Below are positions 52,971 to 64,000 of a stretch of DNA of 64,000 bases, piece by piece (position 1 is the stretch's first letter; every line of letters starts with the position of its first letter). The position numbers were made by a program, and so were the translations under genes. The DNA is taken from contig NC_092679.1 in NCBI RefSeq assembly GCF_964355755.1, forward strand, positions 7,036,201 to 7,100,200. Reading direction: 5' to 3'. Origin of the DNA: Antedon mediterranea (taxonomy: Eukaryota > Animalia > Echinodermata). The notes below the pieces were generated by a model. It worked only from the letters and a program-made list of their open reading frames with translations. It ran no database searches and was not told the origin of the DNA.

Positions 52971-54463
52971 ACAGTTTACAGATCAATTTTCTTGGAATTT
53001 TTGTTAAGATCTTAGATTTTTTAAATTTCTTCAAAATTTGTTTTAATTACTGCAGTATGGTTTATTGATAATTTACTAGTATGATAATCCTGTACCAATA
53101 AAACCTGCAAGATAGTTAAACATTTTTTAATTTAATTTAATTTCCTTCTAATTTTCACAATGTCTCCAGATTCTATTGTTAAATTTATGTTGAAAATAAA
53201 TGGACATCACTAAGAATGCTCTATGAATACTAATAGTGTATCATTGTGTAAATATGTACCCTAGTGTGCAATACAAAATACAAAAGAATGACCCTTAACC
53301 TGCTATAGCACCCTCTAGAGGCAGGTATCAGCTACTCGGTTTGATTTATTGTCTAACTACAACTCATAAATGACATTAAGTGAAGACTTACTTCCTAGAC
53401 AAGGTTCTTAATGATGTGTTTGTCTTTTTATCAATTTACCAATTCTTTGGTAATTTTTTTATTGTTTTGTTGTCCCTTTCATCCATACAATGTTATAGAT
53501 TTAGTCATTTAAAAATGGGTTATGTTTTTTCCTAACGGACTCAAAAAATAGATTAGTTAAGTTTGAGTTATTTATACATTGCACAATAACATTACAGGGA
53601 TTCTGATTCTTTAAAAAAATCAAATTGATTGATAATTTTTTTTAATTTACCCTAAAAGAACTGACTCTACTATAAAGGTATATACAGTATCACAATTTAT
53701 ACTTTTCTCATTTCTTTTTTTAAATATTTTTTTTAAATAAATGAAAATACATAAAATCAGCTATTATTTTACAGTGGATAGGGTTACAACAGCGTAACAA
53801 TATGTTTTTGTTTAGGCCTTGTAGAAGATCAGTAGTTTTTTATTTGTGCTACTTTTTTTAATGGCTCCCTCTACAGTGTGTGTCATGATTATTCCTTTAT
53901 TCGCAATAATGATCATGTGTTTAGTATTCACGCCTTTTATTCAATATTTCTCACCAGCAGCAAAACTCTCATTGTTTAACAAAAGTAATAAATGTGTCAG
54001 AATATCCGGTTATGTTTAAAAGAAAAATCAATGAAAATGCTTGAAGTACTATTGTTGTTGTATTTTACATTGAATTTAGGGCAGGTGTTTAAGTAGAATA
54101 TTGAGTTTTAGTAAAGTAGTCATGTCATTCCTTCTTTGTTGATTACAGCAGTTTTGTTTGGAGGTTTTAATGAAAAAAAAGAAACTGTATAATATTCACC
54201 ACATGTTTTCTTTTCTCATTGTCTGCTACACCAAAAAATAGAAAACAAAATTACTGTACTGTATTATTGAGTAAAATTCCACCCCTTAAGTTAATTTAGG
54301 ATTTTCAGACACAGATCCTTGCCAAATTTCATACCCACACCCCTGTCTCAGTCTGTCATGTGACAATGCTCCACCCTCCTGTTCCTGTTTTTTGGGATTT
54401 TTTTGTTTTCTTTTACTTTGTAAAATTGTATGCAATTTAGTTTTGAGGGCCACGAGATATAGT

Positions 54464-57400
54464 ATGTTTGTTTCTTTATTTTCATTCACAAAAAAAAAAA
54501 ACATTAACATACATAAATATTCATTACAAAAATGAAAGAATGGAAAGGGGGAATCTCTGAAGCACAGCTTATAAGTAGAAACCCCCTGTTACAAAACAGT
54601 ATATAAATAGTAATATGAAAAAAAGGGCACACCGGCATAGGCAAACAAAATGTAACTTTTAAGAAAAAGAAAAAAAGCAAACAATCCTTTTTTTTTTTAT
54701 TTTAACAAAAAAAAAAAAAAAAAGATTTCTCAGAGAGTAAGATGTAATTGTAAAAAGAAAAATACCAGTTCTAATCAGAGTATTGCAAAAGTAATTTATT
54801 TTTGTATTTTATTTTAAAAGTTATAGGATTCTTAAGTCAACTTAAGAGTCTCAGTTATATCACGCCAAAGTTCAACCCCTTTACTAACTAAACTTAATGA
54901 TTTTTTAGTGGTTCTTTTAAATTGTGGGTAGAAATGGTGTTTTTGTCGCGTGTATTTATCGTGGACAGCTGAGCATAAAATGAAATTATTTTGAACAATC
55001 ACTGGGAGTAAGTTATGAAAAGCTTTATGCATTAGAGAAACGGTATATAGTTTTATTAAATTATAAAGATCAAGAGTTTTAAAAAAATTAAAAATTGGTT
55101 TACTTGGACTGGTGTATGGGACTTTCATAACAAGTCTGAGTGCCTTTTTTTGTAATATGTATAAACAATTTAAATTAGTTTTAAAGGTATTACCCCAGAC
55201 TTCACAACAATATGTAAAATAAGGCAAAACTAATGAATTATATAATTTAAATAAAGCTGATGTATTTAGTAAATGTTTTACTTTATAAATAATTCCAATA
55301 CTTTTTAGAAATTTTGGAATGAATATATTCAATATGATACTTCCAATTTAGTTTTTCATCAATAATAACTCCTAAAAACTTTATTTTATTTACCCGTTCA
55401 ATTGCAACACCACTAATAACTAAATTTGTTGGTTCATAATTGTTTTTGCGACTAAAAATAATATACTTTGTCTTACTATGGTTCAACGTCAATTTATTTA
55501 CCTTAAACTAAGTATCAATTTTTTTTAGCTCATCATTAATAATATTACAGATACATTGCAGGTTCTTACCAGAAAAAAGTATATTTGTATCATCAGCATA
55601 AAGCGTGTATTTCAATAGGGAAGAAGCATTACAAATGTCATTAATATATAAAAGGAATAAAGTGGGCCCCAAAACAGATCCCTGTGGGATGCCACATAAA
55701 ATGTCTGTTAATTCTGAGGTGGTATCACCACGTATTGTCACAAATTGTTTTCTGTTACTATTAGAAAGATAATTTTGGATCCATTTATTGGCAATTCCAC
55801 GAATACCATAAGCTTTAAGTTTTTTTATAAGGATATTGTGGTCGATGGTATCAAACGCCTTTTTTAAGTCAATAAAAATTCCGATTGTATAGTTAGACCT
55901 GTCCATCTCTTTAAGTATATACTCGGAAAAGTGAAGCAATGCATGGCTAGTGGACATATTTTTCCTAAAACCAAATTGTCCTGAGTATAGAATATCAAAT
56001 TTGTCAATAAATTTCAACAGACGGTTAAATAATTTTTCAAAAATTTTTGAAAATTGGGGCAGCAAGGAGATCGGTCGATAATTTGAAAAACTACTTTTAT
56101 CCCCAGCTTTGAAGATGGGAACAATTTTTGCAATCTTAAGGGTATCTGGGAAAATACCAGTCTCAAGCGAACGATTAAAAATATGTGTCAATGGCTCACT
56201 GATTTCGTATATAATGTGTTTAACTATTGACATAGGTACGTCATCATGTCCGCTGGAATTTTTAGACTTAAATAAGTTCACTTCTGTAATTAATTCTTCT
56301 TTTGAAGTGGCCTCTAAAAAAAATAGAATTTGAAATACGTTTTTTAATATAATCATTGGGACTATCACAATTTGGAAATTGACTTGTTAATTTTTTGGCT
56401 AGGTTAGGTCCAACGGTAGCAAAAATTATTGAAACCATTTATAGTATAAACAGGATTATCGATAAAATCTTTTGGCAGATTTCCATAATTTCTTGTTTTA
56501 ATCAGACCATTTATGATATTCCAAGTACCCCTAATATCATTTTGTTTTAACAATAATAAGTTATTATAATATTGTTTCTCAGCATTTCTTAGAATATTTG
56601 TTAGCTTATTTTTGTATCGCTTATACTTTTTTGAAGACGGTTGTGTTCGATCTTTTAAAAAATGTTTATATAGATTATTCTTCTTTTTACATGCATTAAT
56701 TAGGCCAGATGTGAGCCAGGGTTTTGAATTACTTTTTTGTGTCAATTTAATCTTTTGGGGAGGGAAATATTTATTGAATAGGTATATAAAATTACCATTA
56801 AAAACATTGTAAGCATTATTTGGATCTTCTTCATTAAATACACTGTTCCAATCAGTGCAACGCAAGTCATTTTTTAAAGCATTCACCTTAACCTCAGTAA
56901 AATATCTTTTAGTAATATATTCATGTGCAGTACTTGGCGTAACATTATAATTAATCGTTGTAAAAATTGGTAAATGATCTGTGATCACTGATATCGTTAA
57001 TCAAGATACCACTTTTTATAACAGAATGAACATCAGAAGTGAAACTAATTATCTATTAAGGTTGCTGTTGTTTCTGTTATTCTTGTTGGTTTGGTAATTA
57101 GAGGAAAAAGTCCTAAACTAAAACTATTATCAATAAAACATTTAGTGTCCCAATTACTCTTTTGTTTAAGTAGATATTCCAGTCACCACATATAAATAAC
57201 CGCTTATCATTCATGGACTTGACCAAATCTGAAAATGTGTCGGTAAATATTTTTATATCTGTACCAAGTGCACGATATATACATGATATGTAAATTGAAT
57301 TAGAATTATTAATATAGACAATAGCAGAAATATATTCACAGTTGTCGGGTATCACGGATGACATATTATCAACAACATTAATGTTTAAGACTTTCTCTTA

Positions 57401-57500
57401 TAAAAAGAGCTACACCCCCTCCATACTTTTCTTGTCTTGAAATACTATAAAAGTAATCGGATTATCAGGTCGTATCCATGTTTCTGTAATTGCAATTAAT
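54464..57500 (-). mobile_element. Frameshifted LINE (L2/Crack-like) with AP endonuclease and RT remnants
   Basis: APE motifs (LFICGDWNI, TDHLPIF), RT motifs (NYRPISLL, QFGFR, IDLKKAFDT, GIPQGSVLGP, YADD, KFLGV) and YCCEVWGNT..LQKKALR, split over several ORFs. The 3' end has AATAAA and an AAAC tail. Confidence 0.92.
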
Positions 57501-58795
57501 TAATCATTTTTAATTTGATTTTATTTTGTTTTTTAATACACCACTACTAGATATATACATAGTATGAAAATAAACTAATTTTATAATAAAAAAAACATAA
57601 AGTATAACTTTTTATAGATTTATGATCTTCCTACACAACCTTAAAAAGTTGCATTACAAACTTAATTCTAAAATCTATTACATTTTTATCACCACTCTGC
57701 AACAATAGAAAAAAAAAGGATTACGTTTGTTTGGAGGCTTTGAATTTCGTTACATAAAATAAAACATTTTTTGTTGTGTAATAAATCAATGCTAACGTAA
57801 TTGTAAACTTAAATGTCAGCATTATGTTTTGTATGTGATTTACAAACGTAAGCTGTTTTATGTTAGATGGTTAAGAAAGAAATTACTTCTGTGACTTTAA
57901 CATTTAAAGTAATTTTAACAGCTGTTTTCTAATATTATTTTTTTTACGATGTATTTTCTTTTCTGTTTAGCATCCTATTAAAATTTAGTCAGATTGCTAA
58001 TTTTAATTAATTTATGTTCAGTGATGAATATAAAGATGATACATTTGTTAGTTTCATTAATAATTATTTTATGTAGAATATTGTTGTACTAATATTATTC
58101 ACCATATTGGACATGACTGAAAATGTAATTAATTTTTTATTTTAAAATTAAACGTAGTTATTTTATAAATATTATTGAATATTTCATTATGATTTTTCAA
58201 ATATCCCAGTTTCTGTAAATATATTAGTATGTTTAATGTACATTTTATGATTTTTGAAACAAATTAAAATTCAAGTAAAGTTTTTAGTATTCAAGCTGTC
58301 CACCAAATTATGACTTAAAATACCAGCAGAGTATATACCTAACTCGTTTAATGCATGTTCTGCGATCTTCATAATGAGTTGAGAAAAAACTGTTGTTTTG
58401 ATAAATGCCAGATGAGTCAGAGAGGTTGTATTGCATCACAAGGTAATATTCAAGGAATCGATGCATACACTGATGATGTCTTAACGCCATTTGCTTACGT
58501 TTATGTACTGTTGATTTTAACCCAGACTAGTCTACAGGTATTAAGGCTAATTGTCGGGTGATAAGGATTTTCAGTTAGCCATGAAAATGACCGTATGTTT
58601 GGCAAGAGCAGTTATTTAGTAGGAATTTTATCAGACGATTTTTATCAGCCTAGTCGAAACAGTTGTATATGGCTAGGATAGGAGGAGAAGTAAAATTTGA
58701 CTTGGCGAATTGATTATATTTCAAAGAGAAATTAAGAAATCTTGTTCTACAAAAAAGGAGGATATTATTTTTAATTTAGAAATATAAATTAAAAT

Positions 58796-58868
58796 ATGCT
58801 ACATCACAACCGAAAGAGAGTTAAAAATGCGGTGTATTCCTTGATTGATAATGTTCTATTTCGTGAAG
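58796..58868 (+). other. Possible first coding exon of a long + strand gene
   Basis: ATG...MLHHNRKRVKNAVYSLIDNVLFRE followed by a strong donor AAG|GTAAGT. There is no homology support. Confidence 0.2.
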
Positions 58869-60340
58869 GTAAGTTTATTTATATTTTTGGTGCATTGTAA
58901 AATTATTTTTATTTTGCAATAAAATCATGTAGTATTTTATTGTAATTGTCAACCTGTAGCTTTTTTGGTTTACATTCTATGGTCGATATGTTAGGAAATT
59001 TAAATATTTTAAAAATAAAATTAATACACAATTACATTCGCAAATTTCTAAAAAAAAATGTGATTTTTGTAACTACGTTCTGAAGTTAATGAATTTACAT
59101 GGTTGTTTCTAATGCTTTGCTGGAATAGGATTGTAATGAGGTGATTTAAGTTTAGGTTGGTTGGCCTTGACTTTCATAATCTGAGGTTTCAATTGTAAGT
59201 TCGTTTCTCAAATGAATGTCTTATCCCAGTTTTTGTAAAATAAAATAATTTTCTTAAAAGCCTCTTTTTATTGACTTCTAGAAATATTGAATTAGTTTTC
59301 TTCTCAGTTGGCAATCAACCTTGAACTTGTAATTAGTAAAAATGATGATGATGGTAATTACAGTAAAAATATTATTTGGCAAATATTCGCAATCCATTTC
59401 AGTTTCTAGAAACATTGAAGTTGAACATCATTAGGCTGATACATTAATGTACCGTCAATAACCAATTAATGTAATGATGGGTTCTCTATAAATTTTAATG
59501 CGTCACTTCACATTTCCTCCGCTTTTATATCACTTTCTAAAGAATATTAAGTTGTATTAAAAGATTTTATTGCCAATTGCTAATTTACTGAATGTAATAG
59601 TTAGCTAACTATAGGATTGAAGTTTTAAAAAAATAAAAATTACAGTATAGTTTTCGTTAAACCGTTGCATTCAGTTCTATTGTTATATTTTCAGAAAATT
59701 TCAGCAAATTAATCATATTTTTTTTCCTTTTGTAATTTTGTTATGCTTTGCACAAGTTAAATGTATGATATTCATTTTTATACATACCTTTCAACAATAT
59801 TTAGACAACATCTGGAACGTGTTCTATTGGTCAGTGGTACTGTATGGCAATAATAGTATACTGTAGAAAATAGTGGCTGAAATTTGGCACGCAAATTGAA
59901 CTTGAAATTTGTTATAAATTATACATTTTGTAGAGTATTTGGTATTAAAATTGTGCAATTAAATCTTGCTGAATATTTAATAATGTATTATTATAAAAGA
60001 TTTAATCTATAATTACTATTGAGTATGTCAATGCTTAGCTTATTACAGATACTTAGTATTTACAATAATGTATTTATGACATCAATAATAAATGAATTAA
60101 CCTCCATAAGTATAACTAATTAGACATAAATGAATAGGGTTTGGAGATTGCTGTCTCTCGTCAGCATTATATTGTTAGTTTATGTTCGCTTGTGTTTGAC
60201 CCATCTCTGATTGTCTCGCAAATTATGCTTGTCACTTTTATTGTCTTCTCATAAAAAGCAATTGAAGAACTTCCATGTTCTCTACTTCTTATGTTTAACA
60301 TAGACTAAAGTAAAACACTTCTTAAGCTTGGTATTAACAC

Positions 60341-60492
60341 CGGTGGCGTAACGGCTATGAGCACTCTCTGGCTCAACCAAGGGGCCCCGGAGCGGAGTCC
60401 AAAACATGAGTAGTTCAATGCAACTACCGAGTGTTGGAGGGGCCCTTGGGAGTACTGAACCAGGAGCCTTTTTCCCATGCATTACGTCACTG
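60341..60492. mobile_element. hAT-like MITE
   Basis: C(G/A)GTGGCGTAA...TTACGTCACTG ends, GGGGCCCC internal motifs and an imperfect 8-bp TSD (nnTAACAC). Confidence 0.55.
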
Positions 60493-61527
60493 GGTAACAC
60501 TAAAATACTATTTGAGTAAGAATTACAAATCTATATGTCTTGTTTCAGCCATGTTTCTTACACTATTGAAATCCGTTAAAATTTAGACGACTTTATACTA
60601 CTAATTTTACAACGGTAACCCTTTATACCCAAGCTGTTACAAGGTGTTATCGCTCAGATTTCTTTAATAAAACGCTTAATTTCCTCAATATCAATTGAAA
60701 ATCTCCCTTGTTGAATTAAACAACGAATTCTTTATCATATATTTGATTTGTTTGGCGTTAACCCGGACTTAACGTTATCAATTATGCAAATTACATCGCA
60801 ACTGTTACACTACAATAATCAGAGACGCTTGTTGATCCTTGAGGCGTGTAACAAACGCTATTATATCATCGATGACTATCGAATATTGTACAAAATACAG
60901 AAGAATACTGCAGCACTTGGTTTATTATATTCTGTGATAGTTCATACTTACTGTAGCTAGCAGAGATGAGATTGATTAAGAAGTAAAAAATAAACGATGG
61001 GTTTCAAGTGATGGAGTCTTACTGTTATAGGAATTATACTTTGTTAATCTAAGGTAAATCAACAGATTTCTGGGAAAAGACAGATTTTACTATATTTTTA
61101 AGTGATAGTGTCCGCATATTGGGCATACAATAATATGTATAGAATTTGAATATTGAAGAGCTATATAATTTAATAGATAAACAGTGATTATGATGTAATT
61201 ATTTTGTTCTTCAATTGCGTCAGAAAGAAAATCTGTTAGATAAAAATACAAGTAGTTATTAGGAGATACTCGCGCTATATTTTTATCCAGAACACGTTTA
61301 ACTTGATATCAAAGATTTACAAATGATTGATACTACATTAGTATCGTTTATCTTCATCTAACAAATTATGTAGAAAAAAGGATGTATAAATAATGCTGTG
61401 GATTTGAATGCAGGTTTATCTAGTTTAAAATAAATACATCTGGAAACCAAATTTAGTATTTGCTACGGTTTTTTTTCTTTATGATCATTTATTTTTAAGA
61501 TTGTTGGTGGTTATGGATCTGAAATAT

Positions 61528-61582
61528 AAAAACTCTAAAATCTTCTAAAAACTCTAAAATCTTCTAAAAACTCTAAAATCTT
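61528..61582. repeat. 18-bp tandem x3
   Basis: AAAACTCTAAAATCTTCT. Confidence 0.8.
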
Positions 61583-62435
61583 TCCTAAATAAAAGTATAG
61601 TAAGTTTTTTTTAATTTTTTTAGTAATAGTCAGTTTCTGCAATTTTTGTTAATTTTTTTTAAAATTTATTTTTTTGCCTGTTTGACAGAGTTTTTCCAGT
61701 TTGATTAAATAATCTACCTACTGTATATAATATTTATTTTCTTATAGAACTGGGATGGCCTAATCTTCTGTACACACAAAAACTGTTGTACTATATTTAT
61801 AAATATATTTATTTATTATGGTATAAAATGTTTTATACTAATTTGTGTAATATAACACTTCACTGTACCAGCTAATTATTACTGTACTGTAGCCTACATC
61901 AGTCATCATTTGGAAAAAAAAATGTAGTACCTACTTTAAAATCATATGCATTGCTAATTGAGGACTAAATCTTGTTAATAGCCTTCTTGGCATATTCCCA
62001 AGACTCTGGCATTCATTATTAAGTAATAAAAATGATTTTTGATCTGTCAAGGCTGTCCATTAGGCTGTCGTACCATCTTCCTCTCATTTGTTATAGTTTT
62101 TGAGGTGTTATTAAGGTTATTATTTGCTAGGTATTAGATTATTAGGAGATTTTACTAACTTAGCTAAGCAGCTTCTCCTAAACGATCATTTCATATGATT
62201 ATTGTTTTCACGGTAACCACTGAAGTAGATGCAGTGTACTTCTTATGCTAAGTGAAACGTCCTTAGAATTAAACAATTCTACTATCTATGGGAATACCAC
62301 TTAAAGATATATCCTTAAATATTTGTGAAATACTTAATATTTAATGGAATATATCTAACTTAAGTATGATTGGTAAATGCTAAGCAAGTTCTAATAAACT
62401 TGTTTTTCCCATGATTGACTAAAAAGTAAAGCAAC

Positions 62436-64000
62436 ATATTCATTTTCATATTCATATTCATTTATTATCCAGAAAAAATAATACAAAAACAATACAAAAA
62501 GCATATATAACATAGAACAACAACAAGCAGAGAAAAAGCGCAGAACACTATCCTGGCGGATTGTCAAAAAGCAAAAAATATCGCTATAAAAGACTCTCCT
62601 GATAGTGCTGGTGGCAAAATAACATTAACAAGGATAAACATTTAACAACCCGGTAACATAGAATTTATATAAAACAGAATAAAAATTGCAATCATTATAA
62701 ATAAACATGTCTGTTATATATACCGGAATCTCATCCCACATCCGTGGAAATGAAATAAAAACAGAATAAAAAAAAGCATTAGTACGAGACTTCTCATGTC
62801 TGAAAACAAGTTTCTCACTTCTACGTTCAACAGGTTTAGGTAGCAAAGCACCATCAATTAGGAAATCTGTACAGAGGCACTTCACAACAAATTTAACACG
62901 GATGAATTTAAGTCTATTATAAATCGTGGGTAATTTTAGAGTCCGTAACCTTTGTTCGTATGACGGCCGCATGTCATAATCCATGTGAAAAAAACGTGGG
63001 AAGCATGATCGTGTAAAGCGTCTCTGAACAGATTCAATCTGATTGATGGTGCTTTGCAGAAATGGAAACCAGACAGGTGAAGCGTATTCAATTACAGGCC
63101 TAATGATAGACTTAAATAATTTAGGAAAAACGGTCTGATCATTGGTTCTAACACACCTCTTAATAAATCCTACAAGTTTATTGCATTTACCAGTAGTCAG
63201 AGAGATGTGTTTATTCCACTTCAAATCTGAAGACAAGGTAACACCAAGATACTTGTATTCTGTTACACTTTCTAGTACTTTATTATCAATTTCATAATGA
63301 AAATACTGTTTTACTTTCGATCTAGAGATCGACATAACCTTACATTTACTGTTATTTAGAGACATATAATTATCATTGCCCCATAGGGATATGGCAGTTA
63401 GATCGTCTTGAAGCTTCAAACAATCATCTTGATTATTTATTACTCTGAACAACACAGTATCATCTGCATATAATGCAATATTTGAGTTAACTACTGATGG
63501 GAGCTCACATGTATACAAATTAAAAAGAATAGGTCCCAACACGGAACCTTGAGGTACCCCCGATAATACATCTTTCCAATCTGAAAGTGAACCTTTGAAT
63601 AACACTGCTTGGCTACGGTTAATCAGAAAAGATTGTAACCAACTCATGAGCTTACCGGCAAAGCCATATTTTTGTAGCTTATTAATGAGAAGTGAATGAC
63701 AAACCTTGTCAAAAGCCTTGGACCAATCTAAAAACACAGCATCAACTCTTGGCGGTTTGTTTACATCTAAACATTTAGCCCATTGGTGGTAAATTGTGGC
63801 AAGCTGTGTTACACACGATCTTTTGTTACAAAAACCATGTTGTGTGGAAGGCAAAAGGCCAAGTTTATCAGCATGAGAAACCATGTGCTTTCCAATAAAG
63901 CGCTCAAGCATTTTCCCGACCACTGACGTCAGGGAGATGGGGCGATAGTTTACAACATTGTCACCAGGGCCTGATTTATGTATTGGTACAACATGGGCTA
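62436..64000 (-). mobile_element. CR1-like LINE, 3' part with uninterrupted RT ORF (extends beyond window)
   Basis: NYRPISLT, QHGF, VDAVFLDWSKAFDKV, GVPQGSVLGP, YADD, KYLGV, IEYASPVW and IESVQRRFTR. Stop at 62625, then AATAAA and a (TGAATA)n tail. Confidence 0.93.

Noticed and set aside
52709-53068. G/Q/A-rich ORFs
   Set aside because: Products of the 13-bp minisatellite.

Overview
AT-rich, intron-rich animal genomic DNA. It looks like a marine invertebrate deuterostome, and the TAGGCCTA-rich composition suggests an echinoderm (inference). It holds a compact gene cluster: the 5' part of a probable VIPAS39 (-), MRPS10 (-) head-to-head with DNAL1 (+), symplekin (+) with a very long K/E-rich tail, DPY30 (-) with an intronic tRNA-Thr(UGU), a degenerate GT29 sialyltransferase-like gene (+), an unidentified ~350-aa gene (-) with two X-box/CCAAT modules upstream, a Lys-rich gene (+) and ZFPL1 (-). 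The gene-poor last 13 kb contains two LINEs. Introns hold many MITEs (Harbinger-, Kolobok-, hAT- and Tc1-like), SINE remnants and minisatellites. The most notable oddities are: a ~1.1 kb tandem array of a DNAL1 exon end plus 5' splice site (about 50 donors); long foldback elements whose recurrent mismatches become tandem G.A pairs on one strand; TAGGCCTA clustering at gene 5' ends; a sialyltransferase lacking its catalytic His; and two tRNA-Asp(AUC)-like cloverleaves in a (TA)n-embedded repeat. Exon structures were read by eye, and family assignments come from remembered sequences, not database searches.
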